Source: Polyangia bacterium (GTDB lineage: Bacteria; Myxococcota_A; Polyangia; JAAYKL01). Taken from it: a stretch of DNA of 64,000 bases. The stretch is from positions 18,186 to 82,185 of the forward strand of contig JBNKCR010000017.1 in NCBI GenBank assembly GCA_050287845.1, given 5' to 3'. The notes beneath the pieces were generated by a model. It did no database searches, had not been told where the DNA came from, and worked only from the letters and a program-made list of their open reading frames with translations. Position numbers and translations under genes: made by a program. Shown piece by piece: positions 30,211 through 40,695 of the stretch (the first letter of the stretch is position 1; each line of letters opens with the position of its first letter).

Positions 30211-30702
30211 TCAGGTGAAAAACAATAATTTGGTTATTGGTATTTGTAGCGCTGTTGATACCTTGAGAAGAGTGGACAGATTGGGAAGGCTCAGACCCTT
30301 TTCCAGACGTGCGATGTTGGGGCGTCGAATACCGGTTTCTTTGGCCAGGTCGTTTTGGGTAATGCCGCGGTCAAGGCGAGCGCACCGGATGCGTTGACCG
30401 ATGAGTTCCCCGAAATTTTCCGGATACGTTAGTGGCTCGGCGTCGGTGTTGTTGATTGCGTCCAGTTTGTCTGGTGCAGACCCGATACTGTCTTCCATTG
30501 AGGCTGCAACGTTTTCCCTGGTCCTGGTGACTGATTTGTATACTGTTTCAGTGTACCGGTGAAAAAAATCGATCGGTGGCGGGGCTACGGAAACCGTGTG
30601 CCGCGAAAAGAACAGTTCATCAAGGACGCCTTCAGCCAGTCGAATCTGCTGGATAATCCCGGCAGCTTTCTCGAGTCTGGTTTGAATCTCAATTTGATTC
30701 AT
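30211..30702 (-). CDS. XRE-family HTH regulator with unusual C-terminal placement of the HTH
   Basis: 'IGQRIRCARLDRGITQNDLAKETGIRRPNIARLEKG' is HTH_XRE, located in the last third. The N-terminal about 100 aa is unassigned. Start is the ATG at 30702 with GGAG upstream. Confidence 0.6.
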   Translation of the reverse strand: MNQIEIQTRLEKAAGIIQQIRLAEGVLDELFFSRHTVSVAPPPIDFFHRYTETVYKSVTRTRENVAASMEDSIGSAPDKLDAINNTDAEPLTYPENFGELIGQRIRCARLDRGITQNDLAKETGIRRPNIARLEKGLSLPNLSTLLKVSTALQIPITKLLFFT

Positions 30703-30706
30703 GGTT

Positions 30707-30997
30707 TCAGTCTCCGGTACTGCTGAGGTCGTCCAATTGGTCCCGCAGCCATACAAGCTCATCACAAAGTGCAGCATTGGATCGCTTTAACAATGCATAC
30801 CTGTCTTTGAGTAACTCATATTTCTGTCGGGTTGTTGTGAATTGCTCCTCAAGCTGCTCCACGACCAGGGCAAATCGCTTACTGGTGGATGGGTCGCTCT
30901 GCGCTTCATTTTTCAGGCTTACCAGCCGACTAATCACCATGGACAGGGTTTCTATTCCCATGGGATCGCTTTGGGATGTTGGGGTTATATTTTCCAT
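30707..30997 (-). CDS. small coiled-coil protein (96 aa), immediately upstream of and co-oriented with the XRE regulator
   Basis: There is a heptad-like pattern 'LEEQF...YELLKDRYALLKRSNAALCDELVWLRDQLDDL'. The gap to the next start is 4 bp, suggesting a bicistronic unit. Confidence 0.4.
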   Translation of the reverse strand: MENITPTSQSDPMGIETLSMVISRLVSLKNEAQSDPSTSKRFALVVEQLEEQFTTTRQKYELLKDRYALLKRSNAALCDELVWLRDQLDDLSSTGD

Positions 30998-31102
30998 GGG
31001 GCTATTGTATCGGACAAGATACCTGTGGTCAAATTCTGGTATAAATGGTTGACTTATTCCAGAAGAACGATTCGATTGAACACGTGCAATGTATGGGTCG
31101 AT

Positions 31103-32737
31103 ATGAGGAAAAAGAAATTGTCGGAATGTATTTTATCTTTGCTGTGGCGTCGACCGTGTCGGGTGGCTTCGCTTTTGGCGATCTTTCTTTTTTCCGGATG
31201 TTGCCCGGGTTCGACCAACCCGGTGGCGGCGAATCCGTCCAATGCCGTGAGTCCGTCCAATGGGGTTTCGATTTCGGCGGAGCATACCGAACCGGGAAGC
31301 CACGCGGATACCGTTGGGACCGGTTCCCACCACTATTATTTTCGCAATATTTCCGAGGTAGACCATTCACCACGGATTACCCTTACCCGACCGGAAGCGG
31401 AACGGAACGTGTTGCTGATTGTTGTGGATGCGTTGAATGCCGGCCATATCGGCGTGTATGGGTATGAACGCAATACCACACCGTACATGGACGCCATTGC
31501 AGCAGATGGGATTGTACTGACCGACTGGATCAGCAATTCGTCCTGGACGCGGCCGTCATTCACAACAATGGTTACAGGTGTACCCAAGTCAATCCACGGT
31601 ATGGAATTGTCGGAGCGAAAGCTATCAAAAAAAATCCAGACACTTCCGAAAAAATTCAAACATGCACAATACGCAACCGCCGGGTTTATCGGTAATCCAC
31701 TTATTCAGAAAAAGTGGGGTTACCATAATGGGTTTGATGTATTCCGCGACGCCACGGTCTATGGGGATTTTCCCGATGCCGAAACCATTGTGACCGATGC
31801 CATTGAATGGTTGAATAAGGTGAAGACCACCCGCTTTTTCGGCGTGCTGTTTCTGGCCGATCCCCACGCTCCATATGCAGCGCCAAAGGCCGCCCGGCGG
31901 TTTTCGGCGGATTTATCAGACGATATGGCGATGCCGGAACGGGAAACCGAAAAGCCCCTGCCCGAAGATGTGATCGCGAAGATCGTGGCCGCCTACGATG
32001 ATGAGGTCCGTTACGCGGATGCGCAGATTGGTCGATTGATGGAGTGGCTGAAAAAAAATGAGTTGTTTGATTCCACGGTGATAGTAGTGACTGCGGACCA
32101 TGGGGAAATTTTTGGAGCGCATCAGTGCTACCAGCATGCGTATCATATGTGGGAGCCGGTATTGCGCGTACCGTTCATTGTGCACAGCAGTGATGTGGCC
32201 CAGCGGGGTTTTTTTCAACTGGCGGCCACCCATATGGACCTGATGCCGACGTTGCTGGACCTGGCGGGGATAAAAAACAGGTCTGCATATGGGGTATCGA
32301 TTTTTTCGGATAGGCGACTCCAGGAAACGGACGCTGGGTTCACGACTCACAATTTTTCGGATACACGGCCCATTTACAGCGCATACGATGCGCGAGGGGT
32401 ACGGCGTCAGGCGGCACGGCTGGGCACGCTGAAACTGATTCGTTATGAAAAAATAAAAAGCCACGTGTTCACCACCCGGGATGCTACCGGGCAGGCGTTG
32501 GAAACGAATCCGTCTCTCAGGATTCCAGGACCCAGATACGAGTTGTTTGATCTGGAAAAGGATCCCCTGGAACAGGTGAATATCATTGCCACCACCGATC
32601 GGGATGCAAAACTTGAAATTCTGAAAAAAGCGGTTCAGTACCGAAAACCGGCCTGGAAAAAGGCGGGTGAAAAAAAGCGGATTCAGCTGGACAGCGATAC
32701 ACTGGATGCGTTGCGGGCAGCGGGCTATATCGAATAG
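31103..32737 (+). CDS. sulfatase-family (alkaline phosphatase superfamily) lipoprotein
   Basis: Start refined to the ATG at 31103 (MRKKKL...LFSGC lipobox). Sulfatase N-domain motifs 'LLIVVDALNAGH' and 'VVTADHGE'. Confidence 0.75.
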   Translation: MRKKKLSECILSLLWRRPCRVASLLAIFLFSGCCPGSTNPVAANPSNAVSPSNGVSISAEHTEPGSHADTVGTGSHHYYFRNISEVDHSPRITLTRPEAERNVLLIVVDALNAGHIGVYGYERNTTPYMDAIAADGIVLTDWISNSSWTRPSFTTMVTGVPKSIHGMELSERKLSKKIQTLPKKFKHAQYATAGFIGNPLIQKKWGYHNGFDVFRDATVYGDFPDAETIVTDAIEWLNKVKTTRFFGVLFLADPHAPYAAPKAARRFSADLSDDMAMPERETEKPLPEDVIAKIVAAYDDEVRYADAQIGRLMEWLKKNELFDSTVIVVTADHGEIFGAHQCYQHAYHMWEPVLRVPFIVHSSDVAQRGFFQLAATHMDLMPTLLDLAGIKNRSAYGVSIFSDRRLQETDAGFTTHNFSDTRPIYSAYDARGVRRQAARLGTLKLIRYEKIKSHVFTTRDATGQALETNPSLRIPGPRYELFDLEKDPLEQVNIIATTDRDAKLEILKKAVQYRKPAWKKAGEKKRIQLDSDTLDALRAAGYIE

Positions 32738-32803
32738 TCAACAGAAGATGCCAACTGAAGCCGTGAAAGAAATATTTGTGGACAGTAGATGGCGGATACC
32801 GGA

Positions 32804-34243
32804 CTATTTGCACAGTTCCCTGGCCAATTGGACAATGGTGGCAATGCCAAATCCTTTGGCGCCTTTTCCGAGGTGATCCAGGGGGTCGGCTTTGCAGCCG
32901 GGTCCGGCGATGTCCATGTGAATCCAGTTGGTGGCATCTGTGATAAATCGTTTCAGGAAGAGGGCGGCGGTGATGGAACCGCCCCAGGATCCGCCGATAT
33001 TTTTCATGTCCGCGATGGTGGAGCGAAGTTGCTCATCGTATCCGGGATGAAGGGGCATTGGCCAGATATCTTCACCGGCAATCCCGGCGGAACGGGTGAG
33101 TTGTTTTATGAATCGGGTATTGTCGCCATAGACCGCAGCAATGTCTTCGCCCAGAGCCACCACCGCTGCGCCGGTGAGAGTGGCGGAATCGATGAGACAG
33201 TCCGGCTGCTGTTCGCAGGCGATGGTTAATGCGTCAGAAAGAATGATGCGACCTTCTGCATCGGTATTGTGAACTTCAACGGTCTGCCCGCTGCGGGTAG
33301 TGATGACGTCTGAAACATTGTAGGCTGTCTGGCTGATGGCGTTGTGCGCAAGGGGCAACAGGGTGGTGATGCGAATCGGGAGTTTAAGCGCGGCAATGGC
33401 ACAGGTCGCGCCAAACATCATGGCGGCGCCCCCCATGTCAAATTTCATCTCGGTCATGCTTTTCGATGGCTTGAGGCTGTAGCCGCCAGAATCGAAGGTA
33501 ACGCCTTTGCCCACCAGCGCGAGATGTATTTTTGCCCGGGCGGGTGTGTACCTGGCGGTGACCAGCCGGGGTTTGTGTATACTGCCGGATCCCACTGCCA
33601 GAATGCCGCCGCATCTTTCTTTGGTGAGTCGCTTTTCGTCCCAGACCGAAACTTTCAGTCCATAGGATTTGCCGGTCATGGCATACAGACTGGCAAGGGA
33701 TACGGGATGAATGGCCACGGGAGGCTCGTTCAGGGTGTCCCGTGCAAAGTTGATGCACTCGGCAACCGTGCGCATTTCGGTGAAGAAAGATTTGGACAAA
33801 TCGGTGTGCAGCACCACTGATAGCGCAGTCTGTTTGTTGGACAGATATTTATCAAAGACATAGCCACCGGTCAGGGCGCCATACCCCACAGCCGAACACA
33901 GCTCCGGATATTTCTCATCGACCGCAACGACCACGCGCCGCAGCCCCATGGACTGACATTGAGACAGGGCCCTGGATACCGCCGAACGCAATTGGCGAAA
34001 TGGCGGAATATGCGCTTTGTCAAGGCGGCAGACTGCCACGGCAACCTGGCGTCGCGAATCCGATGTCAATGAAACCAGTTCAAATTTTCCTTTTTTATCG
34101 GGAATGGGTATATTGGCCAGTTCGGCGGGGACCTGGTCCGGACTGTACGCGGGTTTTTTTTTGTTCATCCAGGGCAGCAGAACCAAATCCCCCGGCGCCG
34201 ATACCAGCGTATGTTTTCTGGTCAAGAAAGAAGCAGTTGTCAT
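32804..34243 (-). CDS. pepA: leucyl aminopeptidase (M17 family)
   Basis: 'NTDAEGRIILSDAL' is the M17 signature. Start refined to the ATG at 34243 with a GGAGG RBS. Confidence 0.85.
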   Translation of the reverse strand: MTTASFLTRKHTLVSAPGDLVLLPWMNKKKPAYSPDQVPAELANIPIPDKKGKFELVSLTSDSRRQVAVAVCRLDKAHIPPFRQLRSAVSRALSQCQSMGLRRVVVAVDEKYPELCSAVGYGALTGGYVFDKYLSNKQTALSVVLHTDLSKSFFTEMRTVAECINFARDTLNEPPVAIHPVSLASLYAMTGKSYGLKVSVWDEKRLTKERCGGILAVGSGSIHKPRLVTARYTPARAKIHLALVGKGVTFDSGGYSLKPSKSMTEMKFDMGGAAMMFGATCAIAALKLPIRITTLLPLAHNAISQTAYNVSDVITTRSGQTVEVHNTDAEGRIILSDALTIACEQQPDCLIDSATLTGAAVVALGEDIAAVYGDNTRFIKQLTRSAGIAGEDIWPMPLHPGYDEQLRSTIADMKNIGGSWGGSITAALFLKRFITDATNWIHMDIAGPGCKADPLDHLGKGAKGFGIATIVQLARELCK

Positions 34244-34250
34244 GATTGTT

Positions 34251-34278
34251 CCTCCAGCACGTTGCCTCCAGCACGTTG
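34251..34278. repeat. perfect tandem duplication of 14 bp (CCTCCAGCACGTTG x2) overlapping the pepA ribosome-binding site
   Basis: Read directly in the sequence at 34251-34264 and 34265-34278. Confidence 0.6.
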
Positions 34279-34468
34279 AATGATAGTCCGGGTGAGCAAA
34301 GCATACACGAAAAACGTCGCAGTAAATTTTTTTTTTGGGACCCTTTGCGCGGATATGCGTCTGTACCGGACACAGTGAAGGCAAATTTGTAGAAGACCAA
34401 AGAAACTGGTATGTTGCAGAAATCTTTGAACATCGGCTCACAGGCCAGGTTGGCAGTCAGGAGTAGCC

Positions 34469-37400
34469 ATGAAGAATCGAAATTATCTGTTGGTCATCTG
34501 GTGGACACTTTCAGTGGTGCTGGTTTCGTGTCATCCAAAGCCCAGGGTGAAAACGGATACCGAGACGACGGAAGCGCAGTCGGATTCCACGGAAATTAGA
34601 AAATTGCTGTCGTTGCCCCCCAGAACAGACGGAGATGGTCTCGTCTTTGAAATTCGGGAAGCGTCGGGGCCGTCATTGGACGCCGAAAAACCGAAACAGG
34701 TGAAAGGCGAGATCCTGGACGAAAAAACCGTGGAGAATCTGATGAAACGCACGGGCGTAACATTTACGACCGAAGCCAGAAAAAAAGATACCGTGATGAA
34801 ACGGGCAGCCACGCCGCCGCCTCAGAGAACCAGGAAAGTGGAGACTCCCCTGGGCGAAAAAAAATCGGTGCCAGAAGCGGAGGATAATGAAGCGCAGGAT
34901 AATCGGGAACTGAAGGTGGTGAGATATGCGCCGGAAGGAAATGTGGCGATGGCGCCTCACGTGAGCATTACATTTTCCAAACCGATGATTCCGGTGTCGG
35001 GTATTGCGACGGCGCAGGAACTGCCGGTCAAAATGACGCCCCTTCCGCAGGGTCGCTGGGAATGGCTGGGCACCGAAACCCTGATTTTCAGACCGAAGAC
35101 CCGATTGCCCATGGCTACCGGATATTCGGTGGAAATCCCATCGACGGTGACCTCGCTGGATGGGACCCGAATAAAGGGTTCAAAGAAATTCACATTCCAG
35201 ACACCGCCACTCCAGGTTGTCGGCAGCTATCCCACCGGAGACAGTGTGGTGCCCACTTCGCCGCTGGTACTGGCATTCAACCAGTCCATCGATCCTGAGG
35301 CGTTGATGCCCTACATTGAAGTGACTGGAAACGGTAAGGCCCAGCATGTACGAGTTGCAACGGACGATGAAGTCCGAATGATTTTTGAAAATGAACTCAT
35401 TCCCTTTGAAAAAGACCAGAAAGATCGCCTGCTCATTCTGCTGACAGAAGGGCTTATGAAAGGCGCGACGATTCAGATTCGGGTAAAGAAAAAGGCCCCT
35501 TCCGCAGAGGGCCCTATCCGTACGGACAAACAACAGACAGTGGCGTTTTCGACATATCGTCCCCTTGCAGCGGAGGCGTGTGGTTGTGGCGGTAAAAACG
35601 AATGTCGGCCAGATGAACAGGTATTTGTGAAATTCAATAATAACCTGGATTTCGATCAGTTCAGCGACGGTGATGTGACGGTGAATCCCCCCATTGAAAA
35701 CATGATGATCGGACCCGCCCATGGGGGACTGTACATCATGGGCATGAAAAATGGGAAAACTGAATATCGGGTGCAGTTGTCTGACCGTATTACCGATGTG
35801 TTCGGCCAGAAACTGGATAAAGAAAAAGAATTTACATTTACCACGACCCGGATGAAGCCGGCCCTTGTGGGAGTTGGGCAATCCATGGTGGTCCTGTCCC
35901 CCTTTTCAGAAAAGGAAATTCTTTTTCATGCGGTGAATCACGACGTCCTGAGTGTGATGGTGCATCACATGACCGAGGCAGACCTGAAACCCTGGCTGGA
36001 CTGGATGAGCGACCGGCGCCGGGGCAAAGCTGATTTGGCCGATATGCCGGGAAAAAAATTGATCGCAGAAAAAAGGCAACTGACGTCCAATGACAGATGG
36101 CAGAAAGTACCGGTAAATCTGACGCCGTATCTGGAGAATGGTTACGGACAGTTTGCTGTGGTGGTGGCGCCAGTGAACCAACCTAAAAATCACTGGCAGC
36201 GGCAGGAAGAAATCGTGTGGGTGCAGATTACCGATATCGGAATATCAACATACAAAGATGCCACTTCGCTCCACGTGGCCGCTTCTGAACTGAAAAATGG
36301 TGCGCCGCTGGCCAACGTGAAATTAAAGTTGTTTTCCGAAACGGAAGACGAACGGTCTTCCGTGCAGACAGATAAAGACGGCTATGCGCGAATGGCATTG
36401 GATGCCGACCGGTCTCTTTTTCTGACGGCGAAAAAGGGAAGTGATACGGCCATTCAATTGGCAGGTCATCCCGGCCGATTTGGCTATACGGGATTCGCCT
36501 GGACCAGTCAGGAAAGAAAAAACAGATACACCGCGTATCTGGAAACCGACCGGGGTATGTATAAACCGGGGGAAACGGTGAATGTGAAAGGATGGGTGCG
36601 GGAGATTGACGCGAACAATGGATATGCCCTGGCACCAACTACCCGACCGGTGCAAAAAATAAAATGGAAGGTGACCGGTCCGAGGGGAATTGAACTTGGA
36701 CGCGGAACAAAAACCACGAGCCAGGTGGGCGGTTTCGATTTTAAATTGAAAATTCCCGGGGATGCCAATACCGGGACCGCCTATATGGAATTGATGAATG
36801 AAAAAGGCGGTAGTATTGAATCCCGCATCTCTGGAAACGACTATTTTGAAATTCAGGAATTCAGAAAACCGGAATTCGAGGTCACGACAACTGTGAGTGA
36901 CGGACCTTATATTATTGGCGCCACTGCACAGGCAACCCTGATTGCCACATTCTACAGCGGAGAACCCCTTGGGGGAGCAGACGTGCATTGGACGGTGAGT
37001 TCGGTCAACAGTTCGTATTCACCGCCAAATCACGGGGACTTTTCATTTGGAAAATATAATCCATGGTGGGGGTATTGGACGAAGAATATGGGGGGGCGAA
37101 AAACAGAAGAAATCAGGGGGATCACCGGGGGGGACGGCGCCCACCGGGTGAATCTGCATTTCACATCCGCGCCGGACGGACAGCCTTCCCGTATGACTCT
37201 CGTGGGGACAGCCATGGATATCAATCGGCAACAGTGGTCCGGATCAACGGAATTTGTGGTGCATCCCGCGAGCCGTTATGTGGGGTTGAAGCTGGCGAAG
37301 AATTTTGTCGAAAGAAATGAATCGCTGGAGGTGAGCGCCATTGTAACCGACATAGATGGCCGACTGAGTCGTGGTGAGCAGGTGGTTCTATCACTGATGA

Positions 37401-40400
37401 AGAACAATACCAGATTCGTCAATGGCAAACGCAAAGATGAAGTGGTTACCGAAGACACCTGCGAATTCACCTCTGAAGCACAGGTACACATTTGCGTGTT
37501 CAGACCAGAGGAATCGGGAAGTTACCAGGTGATTGCCAGAACTGCCGATGACAGAAATCGAAAAGCACAGAGCGATATTCGTTTCTGGGTACGTGGCGAT
37601 GGAATGAATATCGGGGAGGTACCCACAGCAGAATCCATCTATATTATTCCCCAAAAAGATACCTTTGCGCCGAACGATAAGGCGACCATGCTGATAAAAC
37701 TGCCATTTTATCCGGCGGTGGGATTCATCACCCTGCGCAAGGGAGGCATCCGGTATCGAAAACAGGTTCGCTTTGAAAGTGACTCCGCGATGATTGAAGT
37801 GCCATTGACCGAAGCAGAAATCCCTGAGGTGAACATTCATGTGAATGTTTCGGGGGTAAAGCAGAAAAAGACTTCAGATGGAAAGCAGAAAAATAATGTG
37901 GCGTTTGCCAGTGGCATGCTGTCTCTCAAGGTATCCGCTGAAGAGAAACGACTCGATGTGGATGTGATTCCGGATAAGCAGAAGCGGGCTCCGGGAGAAT
38001 CGGCCAATGTTGTTGTAAATGTGAAAGACTCGGCGGGGCATGGGGTGTCCAATGCGGAACTGGCCATCTGGGCGGTGGATGAAGCGGTACTGGCGCTTTC
38101 GGGGTATCAGGTGAAAGATCCGGTGGATGTTTTTTACACCGCGGCCCCGGATGATGTGGTGGAAAGACACTCCCGGTCCATGGTATTGGATACGTCAAAC
38201 GCTGGATTGTCGATGGCGGATGCCCCCGGTGACGGAATTGCGATACAGTCCTTACGGAGGAAAGCGGAATCGATGCCGCGTCCGGCCCCGGCCATGGCGC
38301 CGGGTACCGGCGGGGGTGGGAAGTTGGCAAAAAATGAAGCGGCAGCTACCCCCATTGCCGTGAGAACCAACTTTGATGCCCTGGCGTTTTACGCAGCGCG
38401 ATTGACCACGGACGAAGCGGGAATGGTCCGGGTGAATTTCAGGCTGCCGGATTCTCTGACCCGCTATCGCATTGTGGCGGTGGCGGCAGATGGTGCAAAC
38501 CGTTTTGGCAATGGCGAAAGCACACAGACAACGCGGTTGCCGCTGATGATACGGCCATCGGCACCCAGATTTCTTCATCTGGGGGATAAATTTGAATTTC
38601 CAGTGGTACTTCAGAACGCCACCGACGAAGAACAGAAAGTGGATGTGGCGATTGGCGGTACCAACGTGTCTTTTGCCCCGGGATTGTCTGATTTGTCCAT
38701 GACCACGAAATCCCGATTAAAAATGGGCAAGCGGGTGACGGTATCACCGGGACAGCGGGTGGAAGTTCGTTTTCCAGCCCTTGCGCTCCATACCGGAAAA
38801 TCGCGGTTCGTGGTGGTGGGCGCATCCGCTGAATACGCTGACAGCAGTGAGTTGGTGCTGCCAGTGTGGACGCCATCAACCGTTGAAGCATTTGCCACCT
38901 ATGGTACAGTGGATGATGGCGACGTGTTGCAAAAAGTGAAGGCGCCTGAAAATATCTGGCCAGCTCAGGGTGGGCTTGAGGTGACTACCTCTTCCACCGG
39001 TCTGCAGTCTCTGGCCGATGCGTTCATTTATCTGACAGAATATCCTTATGAGTGCAGCGAACAGCTGGCGTCGAGACTGATAGCCATTGCCACTCTGAAA
39101 GACGTGGTGAAGGCATTTCGCAGCGCCGATATCCCGTCGAATGAAAAGCTGAATCAATTGGTGACATCATCCATGTTGAAGCTGGCCCAGCGACAGCAGG
39201 AAACGGGAGGTTTCGGTCTGTGGGATCGCGAAAGCCGCTCTGTCGCATATGTAGACATTCATGTGACCCATGCACTGGCCATAGCAAAGCAGAAAGGGTA
39301 CACCGTCGATGCGCAGTTACTGGAGCGCGCCCTCGTTAATCTCAGAAGTATCAACGAAAGATTGGACGGCACCATGTCGGTTGGAGGCCGAAATGCCATT
39401 TGGGCTTACGCGCTGTATGTTCGAAATTTATTGGGAGAGAAGGTGGAGGACGACGCGATTGAATTGTTGGATAGAGGCGATGAAAAATCGCTTTCCATGG
39501 AAGCCAGGGGATGGCTTCTGGAGTGCGTGAAACGGAATGAAAAATATCGCAGCCGCCTGCTGCGGGACGCACAGAACAAGGTGACCGAAACAGCGAAAAA
39601 CGCGCATTTTATCACGGGGTATACCGATGGCGATTATGTGCTGTTGCATTCGGACCGGCGGGCGGATGCCATCTGGCTGGGTGCCTTGCTGAATATCGAC
39701 CGGGACAATACACTGATTCCCAAACTGGCAAGCGGTCTGCTGGACCACCGGAAGAACGGGCGGTGGTTGAGCACCCAGGAGAATGCGTTTGTACTGATAG
39801 CCCTCGATACGTATTTCCAGCAGTATGAAAAGGAAATCCCCAATTTTGTCAGCCGTGTCTGGTTGGGCGACCGGGTGTCAATCCCCCACGGGTTCAAAGG
39901 GCGGAGCACCGAAAGTGCGTTGCTTGACGTGCCGATGAACGAGTTGGGCGGCGAAGAAAATCTGATCATCGAAAAGAACGGTCGCGGCAGAATGTATTAT
40001 CGGATTGGCATGACCTATGTGCCGGCTTCTCTCCAACTCGAAGCTGAAAATCGCGGTTTCACGGTGATGCGAAGGTATGCGGGCGTGGATGATGCCGAAG
40101 ATGTCAGGCAGGATAAAAGGGGAACGTGGCACGTGAAAGCCGGCGCGCGGGTGAAGGTTGAATTGACCATGGTGGCGCCGGAACGACGATATCATGTGGC
40201 CCTTGTGGATGAGCTGCCGGCGGGTCTGGAACCGGTGAATCCCGCACTGGCGGTGGACCGGAAACGATCGACGGAAAATTCAGGCGGACCGGCAGCGGCA
40301 AAGGGCCGGTACTGGTGGTGGCAGCGGCCCTGGTTTGAGCATCAGAATCTTCGGGATGAACGGGTGGAGGCCTTCACATCGCTCCTGTGGGATGGAGTGT

Positions 40401-40528
40401 ACACTTATAGTTACGAAGCTAAAGCCACCACTCCCGGTGAATTCGTGGCCCCGCCTGCCACCGCCCACGAAATGTACTCTCCGGAAACCTTCGGCCGCAG
40501 TGGAACTGACCGGATGATCATCGACTAG
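34469..40528 (+). CDS. bacterial alpha-2-macroglobulin family lipoprotein (about 2019 aa) with thioester motif
   Basis: Lipobox 'LVSC'. Long beta-sandwich (MG) repeat region. Thioester 'EYPYECSEQLAS' (CxEQ). C-terminal receptor-binding-type domain. Confidence 0.8.
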   Translation: MKNRNYLLVIWWTLSVVLVSCHPKPRVKTDTETTEAQSDSTEIRKLLSLPPRTDGDGLVFEIREASGPSLDAEKPKQVKGEILDEKTVENLMKRTGVTFTTEARKKDTVMKRAATPPPQRTRKVETPLGEKKSVPEAEDNEAQDNRELKVVRYAPEGNVAMAPHVSITFSKPMIPVSGIATAQELPVKMTPLPQGRWEWLGTETLIFRPKTRLPMATGYSVEIPSTVTSLDGTRIKGSKKFTFQTPPLQVVGSYPTGDSVVPTSPLVLAFNQSIDPEALMPYIEVTGNGKAQHVRVATDDEVRMIFENELIPFEKDQKDRLLILLTEGLMKGATIQIRVKKKAPSAEGPIRTDKQQTVAFSTYRPLAAEACGCGGKNECRPDEQVFVKFNNNLDFDQFSDGDVTVNPPIENMMIGPAHGGLYIMGMKNGKTEYRVQLSDRITDVFGQKLDKEKEFTFTTTRMKPALVGVGQSMVVLSPFSEKEILFHAVNHDVLSVMVHHMTEADLKPWLDWMSDRRRGKADLADMPGKKLIAEKRQLTSNDRWQKVPVNLTPYLENGYGQFAVVVAPVNQPKNHWQRQEEIVWVQITDIGISTYKDATSLHVAASELKNGAPLANVKLKLFSETEDERSSVQTDKDGYARMALDADRSLFLTAKKGSDTAIQLAGHPGRFGYTGFAWTSQERKNRYTAYLETDRGMYKPGETVNVKGWVREIDANNGYALAPTTRPVQKIKWKVTGPRGIELGRGTKTTSQVGGFDFKLKIPGDANTGTAYMELMNEKGGSIESRISGNDYFEIQEFRKPEFEVTTTVSDGPYIIGATAQATLIATFYSGEPLGGADVHWTVSSVNSSYSPPNHGDFSFGKYNPWWGYWTKNMGGRKTEEIRGITGGDGAHRVNLHFTSAPDGQPSRMTLVGTAMDINRQQWSGSTEFVVHPASRYVGLKLAKNFVERNESLEVSAIVTDIDGRLSRGEQVVLSLMKNNTRFVNGKRKDEVVTEDTCEFTSEAQVHICVFRPEESGSYQVIARTADDRNRKAQSDIRFWVRGDGMNIGEVPTAESIYIIPQKDTFAPNDKATMLIKLPFYPAVGFITLRKGGIRYRKQVRFESDSAMIEVPLTEAEIPEVNIHVNVSGVKQKKTSDGKQKNNVAFASGMLSLKVSAEEKRLDVDVIPDKQKRAPGESANVVVNVKDSAGHGVSNAELAIWAVDEAVLALSGYQVKDPVDVFYTAAPDDVVERHSRSMVLDTSNAGLSMADAPGDGIAIQSLRRKAESMPRPAPAMAPGTGGGGKLAKNEAAATPIAVRTNFDALAFYAARLTTDEAGMVRVNFRLPDSLTRYRIVAVAADGANRFGNGESTQTTRLPLMIRPSAPRFLHLGDKFEFPVVLQNATDEEQKVDVAIGGTNVSFAPGLSDLSMTTKSRLKMGKRVTVSPGQRVEVRFPALALHTGKSRFVVVGASAEYADSSELVLPVWTPSTVEAFATYGTVDDGDVLQKVKAPENIWPAQGGLEVTTSSTGLQSLADAFIYLTEYPYECSEQLASRLIAIATLKDVVKAFRSADIPSNEKLNQLVTSSMLKLAQRQQETGGFGLWDRESRSVAYVDIHVTHALAIAKQKGYTVDAQLLERALVNLRSINERLDGTMSVGGRNAIWAYALYVRNLLGEKVEDDAIELLDRGDEKSLSMEARGWLLECVKRNEKYRSRLLRDAQNKVTETAKNAHFITGYTDGDYVLLHSDRRADAIWLGALLNIDRDNTLIPKLASGLLDHRKNGRWLSTQENAFVLIALDTYFQQYEKEIPNFVSRVWLGDRVSIPHGFKGRSTESALLDVPMNELGGEENLIIEKNGRGRMYYRIGMTYVPASLQLEAENRGFTVMRRYAGVDDAEDVRQDKRGTWHVKAGARVKVELTMVAPERRYHVALVDELPAGLEPVNPALAVDRKRSTENSGGPAAAKGRYWWWQRPWFEHQNLRDERVEAFTSLLWDGVYTYSYEAKATTPGEFVAPPATAHEMYSPETFGRSGTDRMIID

Positions 40529-40695
40529 AGCGGCGATCGGTTGATTTACCTGGGAGACAACTTCCGTTTGTCTTTCATTTCCACCTGCGTTGCCATTGCC
40601 GAACAGGTCAATCCGCGTTGAACCATATGCCTCTACGTCTTCTGATTCCTCAGTTTTTGTTGACGGCTTCGTTTGCGGGCATCTGACCTGGCTTC

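Noticed and set aside
34420-34435. TGGTATGTTGCAG upstream of the A2M gene as a sigma54 promoter
   Set aside because: GG and GC are only about 8 nt apart instead of 12. It has the wrong register.
40529-40580. Terminator after the A2M gene (GAGACAA-N7-TTGTCTT)
   Set aside because: The stem is only 6/7 bp with a mismatch and is not followed by a U-run. It is too weak to call.
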